Both the position numbers and the translations under genes were made by a program. 64,000 nucleotides of DNA from assembly GCA_049322915.1 (NCBI GenBank), contig JBMOPW010000034.1, forward strand, positions 96,001-160,000. Reading direction: 5' to 3'. Position 1 is the first letter of the stretch. Each line of letters begins with the position of its first letter. The stretch comes from Candidatus Zhuqueibacterota bacterium (GTDB lineage Bacteria > Zhuqueibacterota > Zhuqueibacteria > Thermofontimicrobiales > Thermofontimicrobiaceae). Under the pieces are notes generated by a model. The model did not search any database. It saw only the letters and a list, made by a program, of their open reading frames with translations, and was not told the origin of the DNA. Below are positions 56,306-64,000 of the stretch, in pieces.

Positions 56306-56391
56306 AAGAGAATCTCGCAAATAAAGCTAATGTCATATCTGCTACTGAACCTTATGGTTAGAGTACTTTATTTTTTGAGAAATAAGGTACT

Positions 56392-56420
56392 AATATAAAT
56401 GATGATTGTTTAAAAGTCAA
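56392..56420 (-). promoter_or_regulatory. sigma70-type promoter of the redox operon
   Basis: TTGACT-17 bp-TATATT. Confidence 0.65.
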
Positions 56421-56501
56421 GGGAAAAAAATGGATTTTAAAATTTATTTACACACAAAATTACATAAATATTTGATTTTACATTAATCTATTCCATAATC
56501 A

Positions 56502-58502
56502 TCATGGTCTTCTCTGTAGGTAAGAATCCCACCAATCCAGCGACATGCGCAAAGCAGCTTCGATGTGATTAGGCTGTTCAAAGACATGGGGTTCATTCGG
56601 GAATCGTGCCAGAACCGCCGGGACGCCCATCTTTTTCAAAGCGGTGAATAGCTGCTCACCCTCGCTGATGGGACAGCGCCAGTCAGCTTCGCCGTGGAGA
56701 ATGAGTGTTGGTGTTCTGAAATTTATCACCGAATTCAAGGGGCTGTTTTTTTCATACACTATCCGAGTGGACTCATCATAGGGATGGCCGCCGAAGTCCC
56801 ATTCCGGAAAAAATTGCTCATCCGTTGTCCCATAAAATGAGAGCATATTCACAAAAGGGGCCAGGGCAATGGCTGCGCTGAAACGCTGGGTGTGTCCGAT
56901 AATCCACGCCGTCATCCAACCGCCGAATGACAAGCCAGTCACTCCCATTTTTGTCGAATCGACGAATCCCAGATCCATCATATAATCCACACCCGCCATA
57001 ATATCGGTATAACAACTGCCCCCGTAATTCTTGTTAACGTCATCGGTGAATTGCTGTCCATAACCGAAGCTACCGCGCGGATTGGAATAAAAAACGATAT
57101 AGCCCCGGGATGCCAACAGTTGAAATTCAAACGTGAACTGGTTGGAATACATCAGTTGCGGACCGCCATGAATAAATAACACCAGAGGATATTTCTGTCG
57201 ACCCGGATTGAAATCCGGCGGCGTGAGGTACCATCCCTGAACCGGCGTCTGATGTGCTCCATCAAAAGTGACAGGTATCGCATCCTGAAGATAAACTGTC
57301 TCAACGAGGGAGTCGCTCACCGCTGTTATCCGTCGCATGGTTCGTTTTTTGTACGGCATGAGATAAATTTCATCAGGCCGGGTGACATTGCTCCGCGCGA
57401 AAACAAGCTGCTCCCCGTTTTCGGACATATCCCAATGACGTATTCGATGGCGTCCTTCAATCAGCGGTTCCACATCACTCTCTTTTCGGGATACTGAGTA
57501 CAGGTTGAAATTCCCTTTTTCCGCTGCCAGAAAAACTATCTCCTTGCTATTGGGATGCCATTTCAAGTCGTACACCACATAGTCGAATGGCTGGGTGACA
57601 TTAACAATTTCGTTGCTTTTCAAATCCTTGACCATAATGTCGTAATTATCAGATTCATAATTGTAGCGAAATGTTGAACGCCAGGCAAGATACCGGCCAT
57701 CCGGCGACCAGACAGGCGAGCAATCGGGCCCGGTATTTTCAAAAATTTTCTCTTCCGGCCCCTGATTGACCGGCACAATCCACACATCGGTATCGATGTT
57801 ATTTTCCCTATCCTCGGTTCTGTTCGAAGTGAAGGCGATGAAATCACCATCCGGGGAGAAAGAAATTTCGTCATCAAAAAAGTCACCGTCAGTGAGCTGT
57901 TGAATTTCATTGGTAGCCAGGTCGACGATGAAGATATGCGAACGCCACCCCTCGTCATACCGATTGGCATCGTACCACCAGCGATAGCGCAGATGGGAGT
58001 AAACTTTGATGTCGTACAATCCTTTAGGATTTCGGCCATCAAATTGAGTCTCGGAGAGGAAAGCAATTTTTTGTCCATCCGGCGACCAGATCGGAGACCA
58101 TGCGCCATTGGGCAAATCGGTGACCTGATAGGACTCTCCGCTGGGTATATCCATGATCCAGATCTGAGACGTCCCGGACGCATTGGAAACATAGGCGAAA
58201 GAATTATTATCAAAGGACCAGGCAGGGGAATGGTTGGATGTCCCGGCGTGCGTCAACAGCGCAGTATCCCCGCCCTCGGAAGGCACAATCCAGATCTGAT
58301 TGAAATAACCATTCGTGAGCGAGTCCATTTGATTGACAACGTAAAGCACATAACGTCCATTGGGTGAGATGCGCGGTGTCTTGCAGGTTTTAATCTTGTA
58401 AAAGTCCGCCATGGTAACAGCCCGTTTCGAAGCAGCGTGAGTTATCCATGAATTGCAAAGTAGCGCTGCAACGATTATCGAAAATTGAATTGCTTTTTTC
58501 AT
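56502..58502 (-). CDS. S9-family serine peptidase (acylaminoacyl/dipeptidyl peptidase) with PD40 propeller
   Basis: signal peptide from ATG 58502, WSPDG repeats, IHGGP, NPRGS.GYG, GLSFGG, HGEADWRCP, EPH. Confidence 0.93.
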   Translation of the reverse strand: MKKAIQFSIIVAALLCNSWITHAASKRAVTMADFYKIKTCKTPRISPNGRYVLYVVNQMDSLTNGYFNQIWIVPSEGGDTALLTHAGTSNHSPAWSFDNNSFAYVSNASGTSQIWIMDIPSGESYQVTDLPNGAWSPIWSPDGQKIAFLSETQFDGRNPKGLYDIKVYSHLRYRWWYDANRYDEGWRSHIFIVDLATNEIQQLTDGDFFDDEISFSPDGDFIAFTSNRTEDRENNIDTDVWIVPVNQGPEEKIFENTGPDCSPVWSPDGRYLAWRSTFRYNYESDNYDIMVKDLKSNEIVNVTQPFDYVVYDLKWHPNSKEIVFLAAEKGNFNLYSVSRKESDVEPLIEGRHRIRHWDMSENGEQLVFARSNVTRPDEIYLMPYKKRTMRRITAVSDSLVETVYLQDAIPVTFDGAHQTPVQGWYLTPPDFNPGRQKYPLVLFIHGGPQLMYSNQFTFEFQLLASRGYIVFYSNPRGSFGYGQQFTDDVNKNYGGSCYTDIMAGVDYMMDLGFVDSTKMGVTGLSFGGWMTAWIIGHTQRFSAAIALAPFVNMLSFYGTTDEQFFPEWDFGGHPYDESTRIVYEKNSPLNSVINFRTPTLILHGEADWRCPISEGEQLFTALKKMGVPAVLARFPNEPHVFEQPNHIEAALRMSLDWWDSYLQRRP

Positions 58503-58572
58503 AAGCCCCTCAACAAGTATGACTACCAAAAAGTTTCGGCCACCGTACATTCCGTGGTGCGGGTTGGTTTTA

Positions 58573-59262
58573 TCACAACAAATTATTTTCAGCGAAACTG
58601 TAGTAGGAATTCTTCCCCATGATGATATGGTCGAATGGACGAATTCCGACAATATTGCATGCCTGAACCAGCCGTTTTGTAATTTCTTTATCCTCGATGC
58701 TGGGCGAAGGATCGCCGCTGGGATGGTTATGCACAAAGATAATGGCCGCGGCTGAGTTGTTCAAAGCCTCTTTGATAATCTCCCTCGCGTTCACCATGCT
58801 CTCCGTCAGGCTGCCTTCGAAAAGCGTTCTTTCCAAAATCAGATGATTGCGCGAGGTGAGTAGCAGAATTTTGAACTCTTCCCGAGTCAAATCCGCCATG
58901 TAGGGATGCACCAGCTTGAAGACATCATCACACGATTCAATCTTCTGCCGTGTAAGATGACGCTCCGATGTCATCCTCTTCCCTATTTCCAGCGCCGCTT
59001 TGATCTGCGCTGCTTTTGCCGGGCCGATACCGTTGATCTGGCACAGCTCACTCACCGAACGGGAATTCAACCCGCGAAAGCCATCGAAACGATTGAGCAG
59101 ATTTCTGGCCATGTCCACAGCAGACTCTTGTGCCCGGCCGACTCGCAATAAAATTGCCAGCAATTCGGCGTCCTGTAATTTTTCAGCGCCATAGTTCAGC
59201 AGTCTTTCCCGCGGACGCTCGTGGTCCGGCAGGTCTTTAATAGTCAAAAAGTAATTAGCCAT
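58573..59262 (-). CDS. radC: RadC/UPF0758 JAB-domain protein
   Basis: ERPRERL...G...L.DAELLAILL, GIGPAKA, HNHPSGDPSPS.ED, DHII. Confidence 0.93.
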   Translation of the reverse strand: MANYFLTIKDLPDHERPRERLLNYGAEKLQDAELLAILLRVGRAQESAVDMARNLLNRFDGFRGLNSRSVSELCQINGIGPAKAAQIKAALEIGKRMTSERHLTRQKIESCDDVFKLVHPYMADLTREEFKILLLTSRNHLILERTLFEGSLTESMVNAREIIKEALNNSAAAIIFVHNHPSGDPSPSIEDKEITKRLVQACNIVGIRPFDHIIMGKNSYYSFAENNLL

Positions 59263-59290
59263 TCTAATATCGGTGAAATAATTAAAAAGA

Positions 59291-59788
59291 TTAGAGTTGT
59301 TCAACATACGGAGGCATAGTCTTTGGTTTATTTTTTTTAAAAAGCGAAACAGCGATGATTCCACCCAGTATCCCGAATAGCGAATAAATGAACAGTGCAA
59401 TGAACAGTTCAATGACGATAAAAATCAGATCGCCCTGAATGGATTGGATCTTGAGCAGTAATTCTTCAAGCTCGGGCGGAATATCGGGGTAACTCTCTAT
59501 TAACTGATCGATCACCTCGTTTGTGTTGGGGCCAATGGCCGCCTGAATTATTGTACTGATGAGCGCGCCGGAGGCGCCGGCCATCAACCCGGTAATGATG
59601 CCATCAGAGTAGTTAAGTTCATGCGAGCCCAGCGACTTTTTGTACCAATTGACTGCGAGGATTCCCCCGGCAATGACGCCGGCGCAGCAAAAGCAGTTAA
59701 TAAGGCTGATGACCGGGGTCGCAGAAATAATTCCGATGATAAGGCCTCCCAGGAGCGCCGGCCGCAGCTTATCAGGTTTTGGTTCCAT
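59291..59788 (-). CDS. hypothetical membrane protein
   Basis: four hydrophobic segments, NCFCC motif; co-oriented with neighbours. Confidence 0.7.
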   Translation of the reverse strand: MEPKPDKLRPALLGGLIIGIISATPVISLINCFCCAGVIAGGILAVNWYKKSLGSHELNYSDGIITGLMAGASGALISTIIQAAIGPNTNEVIDQLIESYPDIPPELEELLLKIQSIQGDLIFIVIELFIALFIYSLFGILGGIIAVSLFKKNKPKTMPPYVEQL

Positions 59789-60311
59789 GGTTTTCCTCTA
59801 TTAACAATGACCGTGACGGGTTCGAAGAATGTATTTGAGTCTGGAGAGACAAAACGCCGGGAATTACAAAAAACACGGTGACAGCGCCCAGAATGAAACC
59901 AGTGCTGAACCGCGACGTGAAGGAGTTGTCTAAAATATGAAATGTTCTCAATGCAATATCGATGGTAATAGGTATCAGAGCCAAATAAAAAGTTTGTTTC
60001 CTGGGAGTGGCCTTTGTCTTCAATTTATAAAAAAACGGATACATGATAGCGCCAAAGAGAAATCCGAGATACAAGCCCGTGCATCGGGAACATACCGCCA
60101 GTTGTTTTCCCAGGATAAAAAAAGACCGCTCGGGAATTTGGTGGCAGATGTTGGAAAAAAATAAGTACAGCACACCGGAAAATAGCGAATGCTCCTGCGC
60201 CGCAGTGAACGGCGCGAGGAAAATTAAAGAGCACCAGCCGGTCACCGAAAAGAGAAAAATGCCGTAGAGCATGTAAGGGTGTGATAGTGTACTGTTCAAT
60301 TTACGTCGCAA
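59772..60311 (-). CDS. DUF2085-family membrane protein
   Basis: ICHQIPERSF...VCSRCTGLYLG. Confidence 0.85.
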   Translation of the reverse strand: MRRKLNSTLSHPYMLYGIFLFSVTGWCSLIFLAPFTAAQEHSLFSGVLYLFFSNICHQIPERSFFILGKQLAVCSRCTGLYLGFLFGAIMYPFFYKLKTKATPRKQTFYLALIPITIDIALRTFHILDNSFTSRFSTGFILGAVTVFFVIPGVLSLQTQIHSSNPSRSLLIEENHGTKT

Positions 60312-60355
60312 TTCGAAATCTCGCCCAATGAATAATAAATTTATTTTCCATTTAA

Positions 60356-61753
60356 CTACGAGAATAAAGCTGTCTTAATCCTGGCGCGATAATAATAGAG
60401 CAAGCCAGTGGATGTCAACAAAATGCCGCACAGCGATGGTACAAATGCAGTAATGAGAGTGACAATCATGAACCAAACCTGAATGAGCAGAACAATGATC
60501 AGCGACCACGGATAACCCCACACCCGGTAGGATCGGGGGGCGTCGGGATATTTCTTCCGAAGAATCCAGACTGCTACAAATGTGGAAACATTAAAGATAG
60601 ATGATGTGAAGGAAAAAAAATCAATGATGGTCTCATAGGCATGGCCGGCAAACCCGGCTGCCATCAGCAATACTGAGGCCCAAGCTGCCTGAATGATCAT
60701 GGCTGTGTTCGGCGTTTTGTACTTTGGGTGAATCTTGGATAATGGCCCGATGAACAGACCATCTCGAGACATGGCGTACCAGGTTCGGGCTTTGCACAAA
60801 ATCTGGGTATTGACATTGCCGAAAGTGTTGATCATAACTGCCAGTGCGATAAAGACACCGCCGGCTGTGCCAATTGCCGCCTTCATGGCATCGGTTGCGA
60901 CCCAAGCCGATTCTTTGATATGCGCGACAGGCAACTGATAAAGGTAAGCCGTGTTCGCCGCAAGATAGAGCAGCATTACACCGAATATGCCCAGGATGAT
61001 GGAAAGCGGCAGGTTACGCCGGGGATTTTTCACCTCTTCGGCCACATAGGTCGCTCCTTCCCATCCGCTATATGCGAAAAATCCATAGCGCATAGCGGTT
61101 CCCACTGCAAGGACCGTTGACCAATTGAACTGTTCCGGCAGAAATGGTGTGCTGAAGTGGTGCCAATCCCCTGCCCTGGAAAATCCGAAAGAGATGACCA
61201 TTCCTACCGCGATTAATTTGATAAAGCTGAACACATTTTGCAGAATACCGCTCAACGTAATTCCGAAGCAATTCACGATCGTCAAAATCCAGATAACGGC
61301 CAGCGCGATGAGCACGATAAAGATATGCGGGAACGTATTGCCAGTCATTATCTTCAAAAAGGAACTGCTGTATTCCGCAAACACGAGCGCGACGGCAGCG
61401 ATGGAACCAGTCTCCGAGACAAAAAACATCGCCCAACCGCGCAGGAACGTCCATACTTCCGGATAGGCGGCTTTTAAATAGGCGTAGGGTCCGCCTGATT
61501 TCGGCATCAGGGAGACCAACTCCGCATAGCAAAATGCGCCCAACAAAGTAGCGATACCGCCGATGATCCACACGCCATAAAACAGGCTCACCGAAGCGAC
61601 AGCAAGCATTATGGGCTGCGGCGTTCGGAAAATGCCTGATCCGATGATCCTTCCAATGACAATCGAAAACGATTCTAATAGTCCCAGATTTCGGTTGAGG
61701 TCTGTTCTTTCAGAGAAAAGATCGGTTTCACTCACCTGCTTTTTTTCTTCCAA
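60356..61753 (-). CDS. APC-family amino acid permease
   Basis: IIGSGIF, YAEL....PKSGG.YAY, FAYSGWE...AEEVKNP.RNLP, YRVWGYP. Confidence 0.93.
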   Translation of the reverse strand: MEEKKQVSETDLFSERTDLNRNLGLLESFSIVIGRIIGSGIFRTPQPIMLAVASVSLFYGVWIIGGIATLLGAFCYAELVSLMPKSGGPYAYLKAAYPEVWTFLRGWAMFFVSETGSIAAVALVFAEYSSSFLKIMTGNTFPHIFIVLIALAVIWILTIVNCFGITLSGILQNVFSFIKLIAVGMVISFGFSRAGDWHHFSTPFLPEQFNWSTVLAVGTAMRYGFFAYSGWEGATYVAEEVKNPRRNLPLSIILGIFGVMLLYLAANTAYLYQLPVAHIKESAWVATDAMKAAIGTAGGVFIALAVMINTFGNVNTQILCKARTWYAMSRDGLFIGPLSKIHPKYKTPNTAMIIQAAWASVLLMAAGFAGHAYETIIDFFSFTSSIFNVSTFVAVWILRKKYPDAPRSYRVWGYPWSLIIVLLIQVWFMIVTLITAFVPSLCGILLTSTGLLYYYRARIKTALFS

Positions 61754-61953
61754 GTTATCTTTTCCTTAGTATCTGAAATGAAAAACGAAGATCGAGTGCG
61801 GCCGTCGAATAAGGTAAAAATATAATGATATTGAAGAAAGATAGCAAGAACTTTTTTATTTTAAAATTTACAGAAATGTCTTTTCGATGTAATCAAATTG
61901 TAATTGAAAAAAAGTAAAATGATGAAAACGAATATGAGCCACTTGAGGGGTCA

Positions 61954-62421
61954 ATGGATACCTATTCCATTAAATATTACCGCAAATATTTGAAGCGATC
62001 CAGGGAGCTACTTCAACTGGAGCCTGAGTTTCACTTCATTGCCGTGCTATACCTTTTCATTTACTACACGGGCATGATCAAATATTTAGCCGCCAGGCAA
62101 CGGGTGAACGACATTGAGATTAAACTATCTGTTTCATCCTTATCGGACTGGCTCAACAGTTTTGATTTGAAACTATCGTCGAAATTGATAAATCTGCTCG
62201 TCTACCAATTCGTATCCAGCCTGAAAATTTACTCTCATTTTTTGAAAAAGAAGGTGCCACAGGGAAAAATGAAACATCATAAAGAGATGCTGGACCTTCT
62301 ATTCGACCCGGAAGAAATCGTGCTCAACCTATCGATTTTCGGAAACATCGCCGTCGACTATAACGATCTTATCGATTTTCACACCACTCTCGATGTGATT
62401 GAGTTTCCCACCATCAATTGA
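61954..62421 (+). CDS. hypothetical protein
   Basis: 155-aa ORF with SD GAGGGG filling an otherwise empty gap; no recognised motif. Confidence 0.55.
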   Translation: MDTYSIKYYRKYLKRSRELLQLEPEFHFIAVLYLFIYYTGMIKYLAARQRVNDIEIKLSVSSLSDWLNSFDLKLSSKLINLLVYQFVSSLKIYSHFLKKKVPQGKMKHHKEMLDLLFDPEEIVLNLSIFGNIAVDYNDLIDFHTTLDVIEFPTIN

Positions 62422-62488
62422 CCTTGTTGAAAGCAGCGCTTGTGGAGAGATAGCGGATTAGGTATCACATCGTTCGCTTTTATTGAGC

Positions 62489-62531
62489 AAAAAAAAACCG
62501 CAATACTCATTCTATCAAGTGTACTGCGGCT
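62489..62531 (-). terminator. terminator after tRNA-Pro
   Basis: CCGCAGTAC...GTATTGCGG followed by a T run on minus strand. Confidence 0.75.
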
Positions 62532-62543
62532 TGTAATAAATAG

Positions 62544-62618
62544 TCGGGGCGAGAAGATTTGAACTTCCGACCCCTTGACCCCCAGTCAAGTGCGCTAACC
62601 GGACTGCGCTACGCCCCG
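62544..62618 (-). tRNA. tRNA-Pro(GGG), CCA not encoded
   Basis: CGGGGCGTAGCGCAGTCCGGTTAGCGCACTTGACTGGGGGTCAAGGGGTCGGAAGTTCAAATCTTCTCGCCCCGA cloverleaf. Confidence 0.96.
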
Positions 62619-62981
62619 TGTGTCTTTATTATCTAAAATCGCTAAAATTTCCAGCATGTCGTTTTTTAATTCATTCGCCAAATCCTGTTTCTTCTCATGA
62701 GTTGATGCAGTGTCCACTTGCTGCGCTTTCCTCTGATATAACAGTGCCAGCTTTTGTCGGGCGCCTTCAATAGTATACTTGTCATCATACAGCAGCTTTT
62801 TAATCAGGAAAATCAGCTTAATATCGCTGCGTTTATAAATCCTGTTCCCTGCCCTGTTTTTGGATGGTTTCAGTTCGGGAAATTCAGACTCCCAGAAACG
62901 AAGCACATATTGTTTCAAACCCGTAATCTCTCCGACTTCGCTTATGGAGTAATATAATTTTGTAATGGATTTACTTTTCAT
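62595..62981 (-). CDS. MerR-family HTH transcriptional regulator
   Basis: YYSISEV......YVLRFWESEF..L.P.K.R.G.R.Y...D, YTIEGAR. Confidence 0.9.
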   Translation of the reverse strand: MKSKSITKLYYSISEVGEITGLKQYVLRFWESEFPELKPSKNRAGNRIYKRSDIKLIFLIKKLLYDDKYTIEGARQKLALLYQRKAQQVDTASTHEKKQDLANELKNDMLEILAILDNKDTRGVAQSG

Positions 62982-63054
62982 GTTGCTGAAACCCAGCAAT
63001 TTTTCGATGACAGTAGTATATAATGAATTTTAAGAAAAGATGCAATATTTTTTT

Positions 63055-63825
63055 TCAGTTTCTTAGCTGGTTATACCATATCGTTCCGCGTGAGCAGTAA
63101 CTAATGATCGCTTGTTTGAGGTGTTCGAGCGAAGAGTCGTTTAACTTTTGCTTTAAGCTTCTGATGCCATCAATGGCATAAACCCCATGGCGTCTGAGTG
63201 TGTAATTGTGATGCATACTTTCGATATTATTGCGCCTGGTTAAAACGCAGCCACCGGAATATCCGGCTCGTTTCACGCAATCCACCACCCGAGCATTATA
63301 ACGATTGAATGGATAAGAGATAAAATGAACTGGCTTTGAAATTTTCGTTGCAATCATCTCCTTTGAGGATATCACTTCATGCAGCACTTCATGCTTCGTA
63401 AGCCGCGTCAGATCGCGATGCGTGGCAGTATGAGAAGCTACCTCCCAACCTTTCCGGGATAACTCTTGCAGATGTTCCCATGTCATGTGTCGCGATTTCT
63501 TCTGACCCAAACTGTAATCCCAGGTGTTCAACCTGCCGACAAAATCCGAAATGACAAAAATGGTTGCTGTGAAACCAACTTCGGATAGAATCGGGAATGC
63601 ATTGGTGTACACCGACTCATCCGCATCGTCAAATGTAATAACAATGGGGCGTCGTTTGTTGTCAGTATTGACACCTTGAAAAAGATGATCATAAAGCGAA
63701 ATTGAATAATAATGGTGTTCTAAAAGATAACTCATCTGTTTCTTGAACGCGTTCACAGGAACACTGTTGATTCCCAATTCGAATCGATTATCGACTTTAT
63801 GATAAGCTAAAATAGGTACCGACAA
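63055..63825 (-). CDS. polysaccharide deacetylase (CE4/NodB family)
   Basis: ILAYH, ITFDD, ASHTATH, SYPF. Confidence 0.88.
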   Translation of the reverse strand: MSVPILAYHKVDNRFELGINSVPVNAFKKQMSYLLEHHYYSISLYDHLFQGVNTDNKRRPIVITFDDADESVYTNAFPILSEVGFTATIFVISDFVGRLNTWDYSLGQKKSRHMTWEHLQELSRKGWEVASHTATHRDLTRLTKHEVLHEVISSKEMIATKISKPVHFISYPFNRYNARVVDCVKRAGYSGGCVLTRRNNIESMHHNYTLRRHGVYAIDGIRSLKQKLNDSSLEHLKQAIISYCSRGTIWYNQLRN

Positions 63826-63864
63826 ACCAACGACACCCCAAATTCGTTTTTGAGTAATCCGAAA

Positions 63865-63999
63865 TTACTTAATCACTTTTTCTAACGGCATATATTCCAG
63901 ATCAAACGCTTCGGCCACGTGGTCATAAACGACTTTTCCGTCGATCACATTCACGCCGAGTGCGATTTCCTTGTTTGTTTTAATAGCTTCGACATATCC
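63865..63999 (-). CDS. ald: C-terminus of alanine dehydrogenase (partial)
   Basis: reads GYVEAIKTNKEIALGVNVIDGKVVYDHVAEAFDLEYMPLEKVIK*, typical AlaDH C-terminus. Confidence 0.7.
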   Translation of the reverse strand, partial: GYVEAIKTNKEIALGVNVIDGKVVYDHVAEAFDLEYMPLEKVIK

Positions 64000-64000
64000 T

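Noticed and set aside
58503..58736. Apparent long overlaps S9/radC, radC/membrane protein and C25/GIY-YIG
   Set aside because: They disappear with downstream ATGs (58502, 59262, 41162), which give proper signal peptides or family N-termini
58573..62618. Genomic island marked by radC and tRNA-Pro
   Set aside because: radC is the full-length chromosomal type; no integrase or duplicated tRNA 3' end is visible
1..64000. CRISPR array, rRNA, transposase or prophage
   Set aside because: No regularly spaced repeats and no matching genes seen

Overview
Gene-dense bacterial chromosomal window of moderate GC. An Omp85/BamA-type protein, Tat substrates and secreted proteins with 'QNYPNPFN'+FlgD-Ig tails suggest a diderm anaerobe of the FCB-associated type (KSB1/Calditrichota-like; inference only). 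It holds housekeeping genes (polX, leuS, radC, tRNA-Pro, partial ald), signalling genes (PAS hybrid kinase, GGDEF) and secreted hydrolases (PLD-like, C25, C1, S9, GH133-like). Three clusters stand out. (1) A 13-gene, ~13 kb minus-strand redox operon (56223->43331): Tat NHL protein, a duplicated-halves transporter, membrane Fe-S/FMN-domain proteins, a PsrABC-like molybdoenzyme with an atypical predicted Mo-ligand region, a 7-CxxCH cytochrome and a non-covalent-FAD fumarate-reductase-like pair lacking FrdC, preceded by a promoter plus leader terminator. (2) A tdh-acpS-acs-acp-kbl-prs cluster suggesting carrier-protein-dependent interconversion of acetate+glycine and threonine. (3) An HMGR-mvk-ubiX-ubiD operon resembling the archaeal-type mevalonate pathway. 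Non-coding signals include two inverted copies of a nested MITE, a TTAA-flanked 100-bp MITE with two NrdR-box-like sites, and candidate small RNAs/attenuators. No CRISPR array, rRNA, integrase or transposase was seen. All calls come from reading motifs by eye; no database searches were run.
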